Assembly: GCA_043228905.1 (NCBI GenBank)
Contig: JBHGNT010000022.1
Location: forward strand, 11,656,001 to 11,720,000
From: Azolla caroliniana
Lineage: Eukaryota; Plantae; Polypodiophyta
DNA: 64,000 bases
Reading direction: 5' to 3'
This document shows positions 59,565 through 64,000 of this stretch, piece by piece. The number at the start of each line of letters is the position of its first letter. Positions within the stretch are counted from its first letter, which is position 1. The notes under the pieces were generated by a model that saw nothing but the letters and a program-made list of their open reading frames with translations, made no database searches and was not told where the DNA came from. The translations under genes were made by a program, and so were the position numbers.

Positions 59565-60604
59565 CTTCTGCTCTTCTGCCGCCTCCTTCACGTCGGGTTC
59601 ACCAAGATGTCGAGGTTTTCCTCGCGGATGCGTGGAATGAGGCGGGACCTCAGGGGTCCTGTACCGAAGAGCAAGAGAGAAAGGACAAGAGACCCACTAC
59701 GTGCGAACGTAGATTCACAGGGACACGGCCCTTCGACACAAAGACGCGAGTGGGACACCGACACAAAGAGACACGAATGTATGTATGTATTAACAAAGAC
59801 AACAACAGGAACACGGAAGCAACAAAAACACGAAGTCGGTTACAACCGAACAGGCCGGCGAACAGATGTTGATGCCTGTTTGTAAACGCACAGAAAGACA
59901 AGAGCAGGTTGGAGGTGCTGCCGGAAGCACTCGGGCATTCCTCAGAGCAGCGCGAGCCTCCTGAAACCTGCACAGAAGGAAGCTATGGAGTTTGCGAACC
60001 AGAGAGAGAGAGAGAAGCCTTCGCACACAAACCAACAGCACTTCGTCCTCGACTCTCCGCGATCCCCTCCCCCTTTTCGTCTCCCTCCTTTTTATAGGCA
60101 AGGAAGGAGCCGTTTCCCTTTTACTTCCTACCCACTAAATCTACCTGCCTAGGATCTTCTATGGACAACATTCGAGAAGAGCCGGTTCCTACGCTCCTGT
60201 GCACCGATTCCGCTTGTGGACGGTTTTCTTCACGACAACGTGCTGGGTATGCTCTTCAAGTTCGGGATGGCAGGTTGTAAGTCCGTCTTGACTCCTCTGG
60301 ATAGAACCGTCAAGCTTCACCCTGACTCCAGAAAGGTTTGCGACCCGAAGAGGTTTCGATAGATTGTCTGAAGCCTCATCTACTTGACTATCACTCGACC
60401 AGACCTCAGTTACCCAGTCGAAGTGATTAGTCAGTTCATGGCACGACCAATGTGCAACTCAATGTGCTTCGTCTAGGCATGGAAGTCATGGTTCATGGCA
60501 CGCCCGAATCCAGCACATTGATTAGTCAGTTCATCGCACGCCCGAATCCAGTGGTACCTCCGCTGGATCTCGGTCCCTCCGGATGGGATATGAAGGCCTG
60601 GAAT

Positions 60605-60790
60605 CGGAAGACCCGGTGAGAACCGGATGTGGAGTACCCGACAACGGAAGACCCGGTGAGAACCGGATGTACAGTACCTGGCAATGGAAGATCCGGTGAG
60701 AACCGGATGTGGAGTACCTGGCAACGGAAGACCTGGTGAGAACCGGATGACGAGTACCCGGCAAGGAAGACCTGGTGAGAACCGGATGTT
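60605..60790. repeat. about 5 x 40-bp tandem array in the C3 LTR
   Basis: GGAAGACCCGGTGAGAACCGGATG... units at 60605, 60645, 60685, 60725 and 60764. Confidence 0.9.
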
Positions 60791-61309
60791 GTAGGCCCGG
60801 TGAGAACCTCTCACCGGATGAAGGGACATATATGTAGATATGTTTCTAAGAGCCCATTGGGGCTATATCTGTAAATAGTCCTAATGTCATATTAGTATAA
60901 ATGTGACCTAGGGCAAACAGTGTGTATGATTATAGTTGTTGTTATTATATTTGTATAGTGTAATTGGTACATCAACTGTACTAAGAGAGAGAGAGAGAGC
61001 GATACAGAGCATGTCTCTTTTGTAACCGCCGCCAGGCGAAGATTGTGAGCAAGAGGTCATTGCCTCTGTGCTCCCTGTTGTAATCCTTCACATAGTGATA
61101 GTTTGGAGTGTGTGGACTCCCGTGGTTTTTCCCTCTCAGGGTTTTCCACGTTAACATCCTGTGTATTCTCTTTTTGTTTGTGTACTTACCTCCATTCCCA
61201 TTTCTTTGGTGTTTTGATTGTCATCAAGTGATCTATGCTTCAGTTGGGGCCGGAGATTATTCCGCATATTTCTTGTCAAACTGGTATCAGATCGAAGAGA
61301 CACAGAAAA

Positions 61310-64000
61310 ATGGACGATTCGTTGGGAGGCATGTTCAAGCTCACCGGCTCCAACTACTCAGTGTGGAACTCGAAGATGAGGGACATGCTCATGGTTAAAG
61401 ATCTTTGGTTGCCGGTTCAGTTCGGGGACAAGAGACCGGACAAAATCGATGCCACGATATGGGAGGTGATGCACATGAAGACAACGGAGTACATACGGTG
61501 ATTCATCGACATGAGTCTATACAACAACTTCAATGAAGAGAGCAAGGCTCATGAGCTCTGGGAGAAGATCGACATTATGTTTCAGAACAAAAATGTTGTT
61601 AATCAGGTTTCGGTATTTCGGAAGCTAGTAAGACTCCGGTACCAAGATGGCTCCAGCATGGTGGAGCACATGAATGCCTTCCAGGGGCTGATCCACCAAG
61701 CAACATCATTGGAAGTACCTCTCACCGATCAGGTATTAGCACTACTCCTGCTCGGTTCCCTCCTAGATAGCTGGGAGACATTGGTTGTCACTTTGGGCAA
61801 CATCGGGCCGGGAGGGAAACGGTTATCCCTAGCAAGAGTGAAGTCGAGCTTGCTAGATGAGGAGGCATGTTGGAAAGACAAGGATACGAGCTCTGACTCC
61901 AAAGTGCTCCTTACCGAATCGGAACGCGGAAGACAAAGGAACTGTAGTCCCCAGAACCAGGAAAAGTTGGGGACACGGTCAGAGTCAAGGGGGAGGCCTA
62001 CTTGCTTCTATTGCGGCAAGCTGGGACACTTCGAGAAGAACTGTTGGCACTTCCGAAAAGACAAGGAAACCGACGGTACCGATTCGAAGCGGACACCGGA
62101 CCGGAACGGTGAAGACCGGAGTGGAGCGGACCGGAAGGGAACAACGGCAATCACAGCAAGTGAAGAAGAGTTGATGCTCATCACCGAGGAGAGTGAGTTG
62201 AACCTTGCCGGCGACGAGACAATGTGGGTTTTCGATTCCGGAGCGTCGTTCCACCTTACCCCGAACTGGAAATGCTTCTCATCCTACACAACCGGTGATC
62301 ACGGTTGTGTCCGGATGGGGAATGAAGGTACATGCCGAATTGTCGGCATAGGAGACGTGTGGTTGACAACACCAATCGGATGCAAGCTGTTGTTGAAGGA
62401 TGTCTGACACGTTCCAGAGGTTCGACTGAACCTGATATCATCCGGTCGGCTAGATGATGAAGGCTACACAGGTACCATCCGGAACGGAGTCATGAAATTC
62501 AGCAAAGGGAGCCTGATAGTGGCTCGGGCACAGAAGGTCAACACATTGTACCTGATGAATGCACGGTTATGCCCAGGAGAAGTGAACGTGGCTTCCGACA
62601 CTACCTGTGAGTTGTGGTACAAGAGACTGTGTCACATGAGCGTGAAGGGGATGAAGAGGCTTGCTGATGACAACCTCATTCCGGTGAAGAACATGCATCT
62701 TGAGAGGTGCACCGACTGCCTAGCCGGTAAGCAAAACCAGACCTCCTTCTAATCAAGGCCATCGATGAGACGTAATGCACCATTGGAGTTGGTGCATACC
62801 GATGTGTGTCAAGTGGACACGAAGTCCCATGCCGGAGCGCAATACTTTGTGATGTTCATAGATGACCACAGCAAGAGGCTGTGGGCCACACTGTTGAAGA
62901 CGAAGGATCAGGTGTTATCCATCTTCAAGGAGCTCCACACAAGAGTGGAAAGAGAAACCGGACGGAAGCTGAAGGCGGTTCGAGCAGATAACGGAGGGGA
63001 ATACCGGGGGCAGTTCGAGGAGTATTGCCGCTCAAAGGGAATCCGGCTCGAATTTACCGTGTCGAAGATGCTGGAACTAAACGGGCTAGCCAAGAGGATG
63101 AACCGGACCATAATGGAGAGGGTCCGGAGTATGCTAGCACATGCTAAACTACCCAAGACGTTTTGGGCTGAGGCGCTGTCGACAACGACGTATGTGATAA
63201 ACAGATCACCCTCAGTGCCCTTGGATGGAGACACACTGCAAAAGGTGTGGACCGGTAAGGAAGTGTCCTACCGGCACTTGAAGGTGTTTGGGTGTCTCAC
63301 GTATGTGCATGTTGCTAAGGACCGGAGAGGAAAGTTGGATCCAAAGACCCGACCATGCATATTCCTCGGATACGGAGATGATGAGTTCGTCTACCGAGTG
63401 TGGGATCCGGTTGACAAGAAGGTTTTCCGGAGCCGAGATATTATCTTCATGGAGGACAAGACTCTTGCCAACTGGGAGTCGAAGATAATGAACTCTGATG
63501 AGATTCGAACTCACCCGGCTAAGAGCCGGTTGACACTCAAGGAACCAGCCGGTTACGGTGAGGATACCGAACCGGCAAAAGAAGAAGTAGAGGAAGTTGA
63601 AACCAGAACCGGCCAAGACCCCGAATCAGATTCGGATGAAGAACAAATAGAGGAGCCGGTTGTTGAAAGCCAAAGATGGAGATATCCTCTTAGAGAGAGA
63701 AGGGCCCCCCGGAGATTTTCGGATGCAGAGCATGTGCTACTGACCGATGAGGGGGAGTCAGAAAGCTTCGAAGAAGCAAAGGATGACACCCATAGCCGCA
63801 AGTGGTTGAGTGCTATGCAGGACGAGATGGATTCCCTACATGAGAACCACACGTATGAATTGGTGGAGTTGCCGAAAGGAAAGAGAGCACTCTGAAACAA
63901 GTGGGTGTACAAGTTGAAATCGGGAGATGCCGACAACCCTCCAAGGTACAAAGCCAGGATCGTGGTGAAGGGGTTCCAGCAGAAGAAGGGTGTGGACTTC
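61310..64000 (+). pseudogene. C3 gag-pol with in-frame stops
   Basis: ORFs 61235-61501, 61511-62407, 62492-62752 and 62765-63895 share one frame. PR and IN are very similar to C1 and C2. Confidence 0.9.

Larger units (their letters stand above)
53244..60237 (-). mobile_element. full-length family A gypsy element A3
   Basis: 630-bp LTRs at 53244-53873 and 59608-60237. 4-bp TSD ACGT at 53240-53243 and 60238-60241. PBS 59588-59604 and G-rich PPT 53874-53890. Host RT rejoins as QQHYVLGML. Confidence 0.95.
43470..60450 (+). mobile_element. Ty1/copia family D element D1 (degenerate, 3'-truncated), host to D2 and A3
   Basis: LTR 43470-43913 directly followed by TGGTATCAGAGC; gag ATG 44003. Coding sequence resumes at 51929 and at 60242 after the nested insertions. 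Confidence 0.88.
60565..64000 (+). mobile_element. copia family C element C3 (5' LTR about 60565-61278 lacking its first bases); runs off the window
   Basis: CGGTCCCTCCGGATGGGA LTR start motif, PBS TGGTATCAGA 61282-61291, gag ATG 61310. Confidence 0.9.

Overview
This 64 kb window is a gene-free nest of plant-type LTR retrotransposons, probably from a non-seed plant such as a bryophyte (inference from the element types). I found no host gene, rRNA or CRISPR array. Four groups of elements account for nearly all of it. (A) A Ty3/gypsy family with a tRNA-Trp PBS, 4-bp RCGT target duplications and a GGATTTT-TAG plus pseudoknot -1 frameshift signal between protease and RT; copies at <1-34766, 3672-10104 (solo LTR), 17725-20197 (two fused inverted copies), 42025-43469 and 53244-60237. 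(B) An Athila/Tat-like gypsy family with a tRNA-Arg PBS and a long sense extra ORF after integrase; copies at 2481-33088, 16132-~20430 (LTR plus 3' region only) and ~20445-28699. (C) Tnt1/Tto1-like copia elements, including two young intact copies at 4218-9636 and 35171-40488. (D) A second copia family, 43470-~60450, with a same-family copy nested at 46190-51923. Target-site duplications allow a five-level nesting order to be rebuilt. The most striking signal is in family B: all three 3' LTR junctions lack a polypurine tract and instead carry a sense copy of a tRNA-Arg 3' end (GTCCCAC-NNG-CGTGCCA) 2 nt before the LTR. This suggests PPT-independent, possibly tRNA-primed, plus-strand synthesis. 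All coordinates were read by eye.
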